DNA of 47,040 nucleotides, counting the filler, from an uncultured Methanosarcinales archaeon (GTDB lineage Archaea; Nanobdellota; Nanobdellia; Woesearchaeales; UBA12501), in the NCBI GenBank assembly GCA_964397315.1. It is 10 parts of 10 records of this genome, joined end to end, with 100 filler letters (N's around TTAATTAATTAA, not from the genome) between each part and the next. Parts side by side here need not be neighbours in the genome. Positions count along the whole stretch, not along the records: positions 14,188 to 19,520 come from CAYNHV010000051.1; positions 19,621 to 24,336 come from CAYNHV010000053.1; positions 24,437 to 29,122 come from CAYNHV010000054.1; 7 more parts are not named here. One strand, written 5' to 3'. This document shows positions 17,382 to 25,347 of the stretch, piece by piece. Under the pieces are notes generated by a model. That model was given only the letters and a program-made list of their open reading frames with translations, searched no databases and was not told the origin of the DNA. The number at the start of each line of letters is the position of its first letter. Positions within the stretch are counted from its first letter, which is position 1. Position numbers and translations under genes: made by a program.

Positions 17382-18698
17382 ATGCATGATGTTGTAATAG
17401 GCAGGACAGAGAGGGACAAGGAGAGATTCGGAAAAAAGGGAACCATCTTTCTGGGAAAGCAGTACGTGAAGATGGGCAGAGTCACGTCCCTCTCCAACAG
17501 CGTGTTTCTTGATGTCTCCACCTCCCACGTTGTTTTCATATGCGGAAAGAGGGGTGCGGGTAAGTCTTATACTATGGGGGTGATTGCAGAGGGCCTTGCA
17601 GACCTTGAGAATGATGTCAGCCAGAACATAAGCTTCATCTTCCTGGACACAATGGGAATATACTGGACAATGAAGTACCCCAACAAGCCTGACGAGGAGC
17701 TGCTTGAGAAGTGGGGGCTCAAGGGAAAACCTCTTGACATTAAGATATACACTCCTGAGATATATTATAAAGAGTACAAGGAGAAGGGAATACCTACTGA
17801 CGCTTCTTTCTCGCTCAAGCCATCAGAGCTTGACCCTGCTGACTGGCATCTCACATTTGAAATCTCCCCTAATGAGCCCATGGGGGTTCTGATTGAAAGA
17901 GTGGTCCACAAGCTCAAGAAAGAGGGGAAGGATTATGACATAGATGAGATGATAGAAGAAGTGAAGAACGACAAGAAGTCAGAGCAGAACGTGAGGGACG
18001 CGCTTGAGAACAGGCTCATGGGAACAGAAGCCTGGGGCGTGTTCAGCAAGGAAGGAACACCCCTCAAGGAGCTTGCGGCAGGAGGCCAGGTAACTGTTCT
18101 GGACGTGAGCTGCTACGCCACAAGCCCGGGAGGGTGGAAGATAAAGTCCCTTATAGTGGGAATAATATCAAAAAAGCTTTTCATAGAGAGGATGATCGCC
18201 AGGAAGAATGACGAGTACAAGACAATACATCAGGCAACTCATTACTTCAGCGAGGAGCACAAGAAGGAAAAGCTGGAGCTTCCCATGGTGTGGCTTGTCA
18301 TTGATGAGGCTCATGAGTTCCTTCCCAACAAGGGCAAGACAGCAGCCTCAGACGCTCTCATTACAATACTGAGGGAGGGAAGGCAGCCCGGCATAAGCCT
18401 TATCCTCGCGAGCCAGCAGCCGGGAAAGATACATACTGATGTGATGACGCAGTCTGACACTGTCCTCAGCCACAGGATAACGGCAAAGATTGACGTGGAA
18501 GCCCTTGGAACACTGATGCAGAGCTACATGAGAGAGGGCCTTAACGTGCAGATAGACAATCTTCCCAGGGTGAAGGGCGCTGCTGTCATGTTTGACGACA
18601 CGAACGAGAGGCTTTACTCCATAAAGGTAAGGCCAAGATTCACGTGGCACGGCGGCTCCGCGCCTTATGCCATAACAGAGGAGAAGGAAGGCATCTGA
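17382..18698 (+). CDS. HerA/FtsK-like P-loop ATPase (DUF87/DUF853 type)
   Basis: Walker A HVVFICGKRGAGKSYT, Walker B LVIDEAHEF, LREGRQPGISLILASQQP. Confidence 0.88.
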   Translation: MHDVVIGRTERDKERFGKKGTIFLGKQYVKMGRVTSLSNSVFLDVSTSHVVFICGKRGAGKSYTMGVIAEGLADLENDVSQNISFIFLDTMGIYWTMKYPNKPDEELLEKWGLKGKPLDIKIYTPEIYYKEYKEKGIPTDASFSLKPSELDPADWHLTFEISPNEPMGVLIERVVHKLKKEGKDYDIDEMIEEVKNDKKSEQNVRDALENRLMGTEAWGVFSKEGTPLKELAAGGQVTVLDVSCYATSPGGWKIKSLIVGIISKKLFIERMIARKNDEYKTIHQATHYFSEEHKKEKLELPMVWLVIDEAHEFLPNKGKTAASDALITILREGRQPGISLILASQQPGKIHTDVMTQSDTVLSHRITAKIDVEALGTLMQSYMREGLNVQIDNLPRVKGAAVMFDDTNERLYSIKVRPRFTWHGGSAPYAITEEKEGI

Positions 18699-18819
18699 AA
18701 ATCATCCGTTACAAAAGGGTTTTTCTGTAAAAGATACGGTGTTGGCTGAAAGAGTTCTGTTTTTTTCATGCAAAGGCACTTAAAACCTGACATCTGGACA
18801 GGCTGGTGGAGGTGAGAAG

Positions 18820-19170
18820 ATGCACTTTAAGGCATTTCCCAAGACAGTTGAGGGCAGCAATTATCCTGTCTGGCAGGAGGTAACCCTCACGCAGAAGGAG
18901 GAGTTTGTGGAGGAGCAGAAGGCAAGAAGGGAGAACATAGAGCTAATGAAGAAATGCATAGAGGACGCAAAGAAGCTCATGGAAGGCCAGGGCATGGCGG
19001 AATACCAGTCAGATGTTCTCGGCATAGCCCTGACATTGTTCAGAAAGAGGGCCTCTCATGTTGTGTACTGGAAGGACAGCAGGTGCAGGGAGAAGTTTGA
19101 CTTCCTGAACAGCAGGGTAAACGCTCCTGCAAAAAGCGCTGCAAAGAAGAAGGCAAAAAAAGAGAAATAA
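18820..19170 (+). CDS. Hypothetical protein
   Basis: 116-aa ORF with GGAGGTGA RBS. Its TAA stop lies in the end of the downstream repeat element. Confidence 0.7.
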   Translation: MHFKAFPKTVEGSNYPVWQEVTLTQKEEFVEEQKARRENIELMKKCIEDAKKLMEGQGMAEYQSDVLGIALTLFRKRASHVVYWKDSRCREKFDFLNSRVNAPAKSAAKKKAKKEK

Positions 19171-19520
19171 TAAAAATTTGACCATTATCTTATAAAGCAA
19201 ATCCTAACCACACCCTCAAGGTTCCAAAACTTGTTTTTGGAACTAAGAAAATACGAAGTATTTTCTGTTGGTGTGGTGTCGACATCCAAAGGACGTCTTC
19301 CCCTTTGAGCAGAGCTCAAAGTATTAACGGATTTGCATTTTAGATGGTCAAATTTTTAGTCTTGAAAACCCTCAGAAATTGAAAATTTCTGGGGTGCCAA
19401 AAATGCAGGGCATTTTTGAGCATGGCGCATTCGCACTAAAGTGCGAGGTATTGCTTGCAAACCTGTTTGCAAGTCTGAAAATCCCAGACGCTTGACTAAG
19501 CGAAGCTTAGGCAAGTCTTA
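19167..19520. repeat. Mosaic hairpin (MITE/REP-BIME-like) element, locus 1
   Basis: Inverted ends TAAAAATTTGACCAT / ATGGTCAAATTTTTA (19170-19358) enclose nested hairpins. Further hairpin modules follow and are shared with 32106-32565 and 44048-44127. Confidence 0.85.
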
Positions 19521-19620
19521 NNNNNNNNNNNNNNNNNNNNNNNNNNNNNNNNNNNNNNNNNNNNTTAATTAATTAANNNNNNNNNNNNNNNNNNNNNNNN
19601 NNNNNNNNNNNNNNNNNNNN

Positions 19621-19674
19621 AAGAAGGAAAAAGCATATATTATTAAGAGTGTGAACTAAATATCAACTTGAACA
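19621..19674. repeat. End of a collapsed multi-copy element (family D)
   Basis: AAGAAGGAAAAAGCATATATTATTAAGAGTGTGAACTAAATATCAACTTGAACA is identical at 24438-24491, with a diverged inverted copy at 29068-29122. Confidence 0.85.
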
Positions 19675-19728
19675 GTAAAAATATTAGGGTAAATGTGCCT
19701 GAAGCGCCAGTCCAGAATCAGGAGCATG

Positions 19729-20130
19729 TCATCCCCTTATCCTGCTTGCAGTGATATACCTCACGTTTTTTGTTATGGCTCCTGCAGTAACCTTGCCTAT
19801 GATCTTCCCGTCCTTTTCTACAAGAATCCTTCTTATCTCATTCTCTCCCATTCTTCTCGCAGCTTCCTCAAGGCTCTCGTCAGGGCCTACTGTAATCAGG
19901 GGCCTGCTTGCTATGTCAATTGCGCTTATGCGGGAGGGGCTTTTGTTCTTTGAAGTGACCTTCCTCAGTATGTCCCTCTCAGTCACTATGCCCTCAGGCC
20001 CTCCCTTACTCTCAAGAAGAACAGAGCCGGTCTTCCTCTTGTCCATCAGGACAGCCACTTCAGCAGCGCTAACATTTGAGGGAAGCCTGGCTATCTCGTG
20101 CATTATATCTTTTATCTTCATGAAAACCAC
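19729..20130 (-). CDS. CBS-domain pair protein
   Basis: KIKDIM, GIVTERDILRKV, LITVGPDESLEEAARRM..NEIRRILV..GKIIG. Confidence 0.9.
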   Translation of the reverse strand: MVFMKIKDIMHEIARLPSNVSAAEVAVLMDKRKTGSVLLESKGGPEGIVTERDILRKVTSKNKSPSRISAIDIASRPLITVGPDESLEEAARRMGENEIRRILVEKDGKIIGKVTAGAITKNVRYITASRIRG

Positions 20131-20190
20131 CCCAACATTATAGGGTGTTCCGGCTTTAAATATTTTATTATTTGCAAAGAAAAGAGAGGC

Positions 20191-21072
20191 TTACCTGAAC
20201 AGTATGCTGGCATAACCCACTGCATGGGAATAATCCCCCACAATGTCTGCTGAAGTGTAGTATTTCAGCAGCTCTGCCTTTGCGCCTGCATCCCTCATAA
20301 GCTCAATCATCGCGTAAATGGCATGCTTTCCGCAGATTGTGGCCCCTGTCCTGCTGCAGTAGTCCATGAAACCCTCTGAGTCAAGCTTAAGGATATGGCC
20401 TATAGCCCCCCTGTCCAGCTTGTGCATGTTCTCCTTAATGCTGTCCCTGAAAGGCGTGAATCCAAAGCTCGCTCCAAGGTGAGTGAAGTCAGAGCTTGCT
20501 ATGATAACAATATTCTTTCCCTGGCTGGCATACTTTTTTACTGCCTTGATAAGATTCTCTGCTGCGCTCTTGTATTCTGTCTCAGCCACCATTACAGGAA
20601 TGAGTCTCAGCTTGTCCTCCATGCCTGAAGATGCATGCTGGAGAAAGGGAATCTGAACCTCAATGCTGTGCTCCTCCTTGTGGGGAAAGGGCACAAGGTC
20701 TATGCTGTTCTCCTCAAGGATCCTTCCGAAATCACTGTCTGTCACTGCAACACCAAGGGGAGTCTCCCAGTCATCCTCTGAAAAGCAGGACTTGTGAAAG
20801 CCAATATGGCTGGGCCCTAATATAAGGTAGAGGTCAGCGAATTCAGACTCTGCAAGAGCCTTGAAACTGTGGGCGGCGCAGGGGCCTGAGAAGGGATAGC
20901 CAGCATGGGGCACGATAACGCCTTTTATCCAGCCCTGCCTCTGGCCTGACGGCTCCCTGCCAGGGCCTCTCTCATGAAGGAATGACTGCCTTATCTGCTC
21001 CCTGAGCTCCTCTTCCTCTCCTGCATAGAACCGGCCTGCAGCTATAGGCTTTCTTATCATAAGAGGTGGCAA
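20191..21072 (-). CDS. AmmeMemoRadiSam system protein B (MEMO1 family)
   Basis: RKPIAAGRFY, IVPHAGYPFSG, ILGPSH, EHSIEVQIPFLQ, IASSDFTH, TICG and VGYAS. Confidence 0.92.
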   Translation of the reverse strand: MPPLMIRKPIAAGRFYAGEEEELREQIRQSFLHERGPGREPSGQRQGWIKGVIVPHAGYPFSGPCAAHSFKALAESEFADLYLILGPSHIGFHKSCFSEDDWETPLGVAVTDSDFGRILEENSIDLVPFPHKEEHSIEVQIPFLQHASSGMEDKLRLIPVMVAETEYKSAAENLIKAVKKYASQGKNIVIIASSDFTHLGASFGFTPFRDSIKENMHKLDRGAIGHILKLDSEGFMDYCSRTGATICGKHAIYAMIELMRDAGAKAELLKYYTSADIVGDYSHAVGYASILFR

Positions 21073-21100
21073 ACAAGCGTGATTTTTAAATATTACTCAT

Positions 21101-21904
21101 TCAAGAATCAAGAGGGCTTTTTATCCTCAAAATATCCTTATCAGAGACTCTTGTGTACACCATCGTGGTGTGAATATCAGAATGGCCCAACAGACCCTGT
21201 ATGTGCCTTATATCAATCCCCCTCTCCAGAAGATGCGCGGCAAAGGAGTGCCTCAATGTGTGAGGGGTCACCCTCTTTTTTATGCCTGCTTTTTCCGCAG
21301 CCTGCCTGACAATCCCCTGGATGCTCCTGGCAGTGTATCTGCTGCCTCTTGATGTCCTGAACACATGCCCTCTCTTTTCAGCATCAAGGCTCCTCAGGCC
21401 CTTCTTGACTTTAGGGGAGAGCATCACAACCCTGTCCTTCTTGCCCTTTGCCCTCTTGAGGTGGATCACGTTCCTGCTGAAATCCACATCCTCCCACTTC
21501 AGGCTGATGATCTCGCCCAGCCTCAGGCCTGCTGAATAAGCTGTCTGGATTATGAGCCTGTGGTTGAGATTCCTTGTTGACATTATCATGGCTTCAATCT
21601 CCCTTTTTGAGAGCACAACAGGAAGCCTCTTCTCTCTTTTCACATTCGGCAAGTCATTAAGAGCACGCTCCTCTCCCTTCAGCCTCAGAAAGAACTTTAC
21701 TGCGAAACCAGCAACCCTGACAGAATCATCCTTATGCCCCATCTCAATCAGGCCTGAAAGGTAATCTCTTGGCCCAAGGCCGGAATCAAGAAATTTTCTG
21801 ATGTGGAAGAGGTAAGCCTGGATTGTCTTATGAGAGTAACCCCTTAGCTTGGCCTCGTCTTCCACTAATTTTTTCCAATCTCCGCTTTTCAGGCTTCTTT
21901 CCAT
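21101..21904 (-). CDS. Tyrosine recombinase of the Xer/integron-integrase-like clade, lacking the IntI-specific insertion
   Basis: N-terminal LRGYSHKTIQAY, LPVVLS, YSAGLRLGE (R), KGKKDR (K), HTLRHSFA (HxxR), LLGH, TTMVYT (Y) and C-terminal IKSPLD. ATG at 21904 lies about 25 nt after a minus-strand TTATAAAA box. Confidence 0.93.
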   Translation of the reverse strand: MERSLKSGDWKKLVEDEAKLRGYSHKTIQAYLFHIRKFLDSGLGPRDYLSGLIEMGHKDDSVRVAGFAVKFFLRLKGEERALNDLPNVKREKRLPVVLSKREIEAMIMSTRNLNHRLIIQTAYSAGLRLGEIISLKWEDVDFSRNVIHLKRAKGKKDRVVMLSPKVKKGLRSLDAEKRGHVFRTSRGSRYTARSIQGIVRQAAEKAGIKKRVTPHTLRHSFAAHLLERGIDIRHIQGLLGHSDIHTTMVYTRVSDKDILRIKSPLDS

Positions 21905-21952
21905 GAAAGAACAGCGAAACAACCTGCTTTTATAAGCCTTTACCCCTCTTTT

Positions 21953-22005
21953 CCGGAACATCTCCGTATTAAACGCAACCCAACTGCGCTTAATAGGTGT
22001 TAGTT
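21953..22005. mobile_element. attC-like recombination hairpin next to the integrase
   Basis: GG-AAC-ATCTCCG-TATTAAACGCA-acccaac-TGCGCTTAATA-GGT-GTT-AGTT, with AAC and GTT core triplets around an 11-bp stem. The base composition shifts to AT-rich exactly here. Confidence 0.6.
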
Positions 22006-22249
22006 ACAATTTTTGAGAATGCCTACGAGTTAGAGTAAAGACAAAGAAATAGGAAATAATATTTTTTCTCCCACCCAATAGGAGAGACGCGCACAGTTTT
22101 CTTTTCAAGAAAACTAGATAGCAAAAACTTCGTTTTTGGATTTATAGGGGATTTTCTTAGTCGCTTATGCGACAGATAGTCTCGGCCTCGCCTCGAAGAA
22201 AAGTTTACTGATCATTCCTTTATTTACTACTTATTAGTTACTAATTAAT

Positions 22250-22264
22250 CGAAACATTTATATA
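22250..22264 (+). promoter_or_regulatory. Archaeal BRE-TATA promoter inside the cassette
   Basis: CGAAACATTTATATA about 33 nt upstream of the ATG at 22297. Confidence 0.6.
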
Positions 22265-22296
22265 GTATTAAAAATCCCTTTAAATTGAAGGCAAAA

Positions 22297-23151
22297 ATGG
22301 TTAAAGAAATAAACTACAAAAATATAGAATCAGAAATTGTTGACTGGGGGATGCATCATTGTAGACATATTTATGAAGATTCAAAAGGAAAAAGGACATT
22401 GGAACCTTCTGAAGCGGCAAGATTTGAATGGGAAGTTCTTAAACATTTTGCAGGCAAAAAAGATTATTCTGGAGAAATTGATTTTTCTAATTTTTCTAAT
22501 TATATTAGTTCAATAAACAAACGTGAAGTAGATCATATTGTATATGGGGCTTATGAAAACCTTGGAAAATATCTTAGAGATGGGGGTCATGTTCATGAAT
22601 TTATTACTGGACTTTCCCCCACTATCTTGACCTTATGTTTATTGGGAGGCTTAGAAAATGCAAAAGGAAAAAGTATTCTTGACTTAGGGTGTGGTTCAAT
22701 CACAAGCGATGCAGATGATGGAATAACGCTAAGAGATGAAATATGGTTTCAACCTTGGCTTTGCAGAACATTGCCTATTGTTGGAGTAAATTGTTATGGG
22801 GTAGATGCAGGAAATTTAGAAGGAGAGACCTTCCCGCATTACAATCTTGATTTAACAAAAAGTAACTCACTTGATGTTATTCATAGTAATAGTATGGATG
22901 CTATAGTTATGCATCATCTATTCCCTTCAATTAGACTTTCAGAAATTCTTTATGGAGATTCACTTGAAGTTCCTTCAAATTCGGATGGCTATACAGAAGC
23001 AATTAGTAAATATATAGAAAGAACAGGTAAAAACAACATTAGTAGTGGTGATGGATTGAGAGAATTTGCAAATAGAGATAAACTTTATCCGATACTCAAA
23101 CCTCAATTAGAAAGAATATTAAAACCTGAAGGAGAAATATTTATCCGATAA
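22297..23151 (+). CDS. Class I SAM-dependent methyltransferase-like protein
   Basis: KGKSILDLGCG (motif I), CYGVDAG, NSMDAIV and C-terminal RILKPEGEIF. Confidence 0.75.
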   Translation: MVKEINYKNIESEIVDWGMHHCRHIYEDSKGKRTLEPSEAARFEWEVLKHFAGKKDYSGEIDFSNFSNYISSINKREVDHIVYGAYENLGKYLRDGGHVHEFITGLSPTILTLCLLGGLENAKGKSILDLGCGSITSDADDGITLRDEIWFQPWLCRTLPIVGVNCYGVDAGNLEGETFPHYNLDLTKSNSLDVIHSNSMDAIVMHHLFPSIRLSEILYGDSLEVPSNSDGYTEAISKYIERTGKNNISSGDGLREFANRDKLYPILKPQLERILKPEGEIFIR

Positions 23152-23152
23152 A

Positions 23153-23659
23153 ATGAATCCCAATAAAATTTTAATTATTGAAGATCAAACTCCTACCTTA
23201 GATAGTATTAGCTATTCAGTCAAAAAAGTGGTTATATGTGAAGAAGAGGCTCTTCCAAGATTTGGTGATTACACATCAGAAGAAGTTGAACAAGAACTAA
23301 GAGAAAGAGGAGTCGATTTTGCTAGATGTTATAATGAAGCTCAGAAACATATCTTGAATCAAACAAAAAACTATGGTTTGGTATTCTTAGATCATCGGAT
23401 GCCTTATGAAAACTGCGTCGAATTAGAAAGAACGGATTCTAGATCATTTAGTGATAGAATGCGAGAGATAGGTTATGGATTAATTCCCATAATAAGGCAA
23501 AGCCATCCTAATGTAAAAATAATTGGAACGTCTTCCTTGAGTGAGAGCAAATTAAGATATTTTGAAAAACCTGATTTTTATTTGGATAAAAGTTCAGTCA
23601 GAACAATTGATAAAGATTTGTCAGCAATTCTAAAAGAAATTGGAGAATTTAGTGATTAA
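23153..23659 (+). CDS. Stand-alone response-regulator receiver (REC) domain protein
   Basis: KILIIED, LVFLDHRMP (phospho-Asp), IIGTSS and FYLDK, so the canonical receiver residues are all present. Confidence 0.75.
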   Translation: MNPNKILIIEDQTPTLDSISYSVKKVVICEEEALPRFGDYTSEEVEQELRERGVDFARCYNEAQKHILNQTKNYGLVFLDHRMPYENCVELERTDSRSFSDRMREIGYGLIPIIRQSHPNVKIIGTSSLSESKLRYFEKPDFYLDKSSVRTIDKDLSAILKEIGEFSD

Positions 23660-23660
23660 A

Positions 23661-24152
23661 ATGGATGCTAATAAAATAGCCAAGATAGTAGAACATGGTT
23701 ATTTATTTAGAGGCACTTCTGATAAGCTATTTGAAAGATTTAGAAATTTTCAGGAATCTTACCTAGGATATCAGTCAGGAAGTGGAAATGAGATTAGAAC
23801 ATCTACAAGTTTAAGAGTAATCCATGCAATGTCAAGCGCAGTAAGAAGAAATAAGAGTTATAAACAGGATTATTCATTAAGAGGCTGTAAACCTTTACTT
23901 TTAGCAATTGATGCAAAACCCTATATTGATTTTATTCAACCTGGAGACGAATTTTATGGTTTAGATCACATTCATCTAGCAGAACTGGAAATAACTAAAC
24001 CAATAAATTTTGAGGATATAACTATTGTTAATTCTGTTGATACTCTTGAAAGAGTTTGCAGAAATGAATTTCAAATTCTAGAAAGTATGTCTTTTGAAAC
24101 TGATGAAGTGAAGAGAGTCGTTGATTATTTTAATCAATATTTTAAAAGATGA
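23661..24152 (+). CDS. Putative ADP-ribosyltransferase-fold protein
   Basis: YLFRGT, RTSTSLR..A...A, LLLAID and ELEI...I.FEDI follow the R-S-E ART strand order. Assigned by pattern only. Confidence 0.5.
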   Translation: MDANKIAKIVEHGYLFRGTSDKLFERFRNFQESYLGYQSGSGNEIRTSTSLRVIHAMSSAVRRNKSYKQDYSLRGCKPLLLAIDAKPYIDFIQPGDEFYGLDHIHLAELEITKPINFEDITIVNSVDTLERVCRNEFQILESMSFETDEVKRVVDYFNQYFKR

Positions 24153-24437
24153 TATTCTTTTTAGAAAAAAGAAGGCAAAAAGACGGAAATCCCCATTTTC
24201 TTTTTTTAGGAAAAAAAGAAACAAAAAAAGCGCGCGTCTCTCTAATACATAGCCCACCCAAAAAATATTATTTCAAAATCATAAAAACGGCATTCTCAAA
24301 AACTTTGATTTTTTGCCTTCGGCATCGTTGCACTAANNNNNNNNNNNNNNNNNNNNNNNNNNNNNNNNNNNNNNNNNNNNTTAATTAATTAANNNNNNNN
24401 NNNNNNNNNNNNNNNNNNNNNNNNNNNNNNNNNNNNA

Positions 24438-24491
24438 AAGAAGGAAAAAGCATATATTATTAAGAGTGTGAACTAAATATCAACTTGAACA
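24438..24491. repeat. End of a collapsed multi-copy element (family D)
   Basis: Identical to 19621-19674. Confidence 0.85.
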
Positions 24492-24555
24492 TGCAGAGCA
24501 AATTGTCAAAACATTTATAAAGGGGACATTAATCACTCTCACGAGGGGATTAAAG

Positions 24556-24837
24556 ATGCCCACAGGAAGAGAAAAATCCAGAAGCAGGAGAAGGGTGTTC
24601 AGAAGAACGCCAAAAGGAGAGGTACGGCTGCATTACCGGAGAAAAAAGCCTTCAAAGCAGAAATGCTCCTCCTGTGGCAGTGTGCTGTTAGGCACTCCTG
24701 CGCTGAGCGCAGGCAGGCTTAAAAAAATGCCCCGGTCGTCAAGAAGACCTGAAAGGCCCTACGGCGGGAAGCTCTGCACGGCATGCGCACGCAGAGAAGC
24801 GGTGAAGAAAGCAAGATCAGGTGAGCAGGATGCTTGA
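24556..24837 (+). CDS. rpl34e: 50S ribosomal protein L34e
   Basis: SRSRRRVFRRTPKG, CSSCG, RRPERPYGGKLCTACAR. Confidence 0.95.
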   Translation: MPTGREKSRSRRRVFRRTPKGEVRLHYRRKKPSKQKCSSCGSVLLGTPALSAGRLKKMPRSSRRPERPYGGKLCTACARREAVKKARSGEQDA

Positions 24838-25243
24838 GCCAGGAAGGCTTTGTGTTAAAGTCGCAGGCAGGGACGCGGGAAAGAAGTGTGTTGTAGTTGA
24901 TGTTGTGGACAAGAGCAGGGTTTTGATTGACGGGGAGACAAGAAGGAGAAAGTGCAACATAACGCATCTTGAGCCGCTTGAGAAGACAATCAAGATAAAA
25001 AAAGGAGCTTCTCACAGCGAGGTGGCAGGAGAGTTCAAAAAGCTGGGCCTGCAGGCAAGGGAAACAAAACCAAAGAAGGCAGGGGAAAAGCCAAAAAAAC
25101 AGGGCAGGAAAGAGAAGAAAACAGGCGAGAGCCAGACCGGAAAAGAAACTTCTATTGGCAAGAAGCCAGAGAGCGCAACAAAGCAGAAACCCGAAAAACA
25201 GGAAAGCAAAAAAACAGCAGGCCAAGGCGCCCAAAAGAAGTAA
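24830..25243 (+). CDS. rpl14e: 50S ribosomal protein L14e with a Lys-rich C-terminal extension
   Basis: GRLCVKVAGRDAGKKCVVVDVVD..VLIDG..RRRKCNITHLEP, directly after rpl34e. Confidence 0.93.
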   Translation: MLEPGRLCVKVAGRDAGKKCVVVDVVDKSRVLIDGETRRRKCNITHLEPLEKTIKIKKGASHSEVAGEFKKLGLQARETKPKKAGEKPKKQGRKEKKTGESQTGKETSIGKKPESATKQKPEKQESKKTAGQGAQKK

Positions 25244-25347
25244 ACTCCACCTCTTGTTCTGAGTAAACACTGAAGCGGTTTGTCGCATTACAGAAGCATT
25301 ATAAGATTACCATAATGCGCGGCTTTCATAAAATCTAAAAATACAAT

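Larger units (their letters stand above)
21999..24336 (+). mobile_element. AT-rich three-gene cassette bounded by long imperfect inverted arms (21999-22156 and 24186-24336)
   Basis: Mirror-ordered matches GTTAGTTACAA/TTGCACTAA, TTTTTGAGAATGCC/GGCATTCTCAAAAA, GAAATAATATTTTTT/AAAAAATATTATTTC, GAGAGACGCGC/GCGCGTCTCTC and GGGGATTT/AAATCCCC. Confidence 0.75.
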
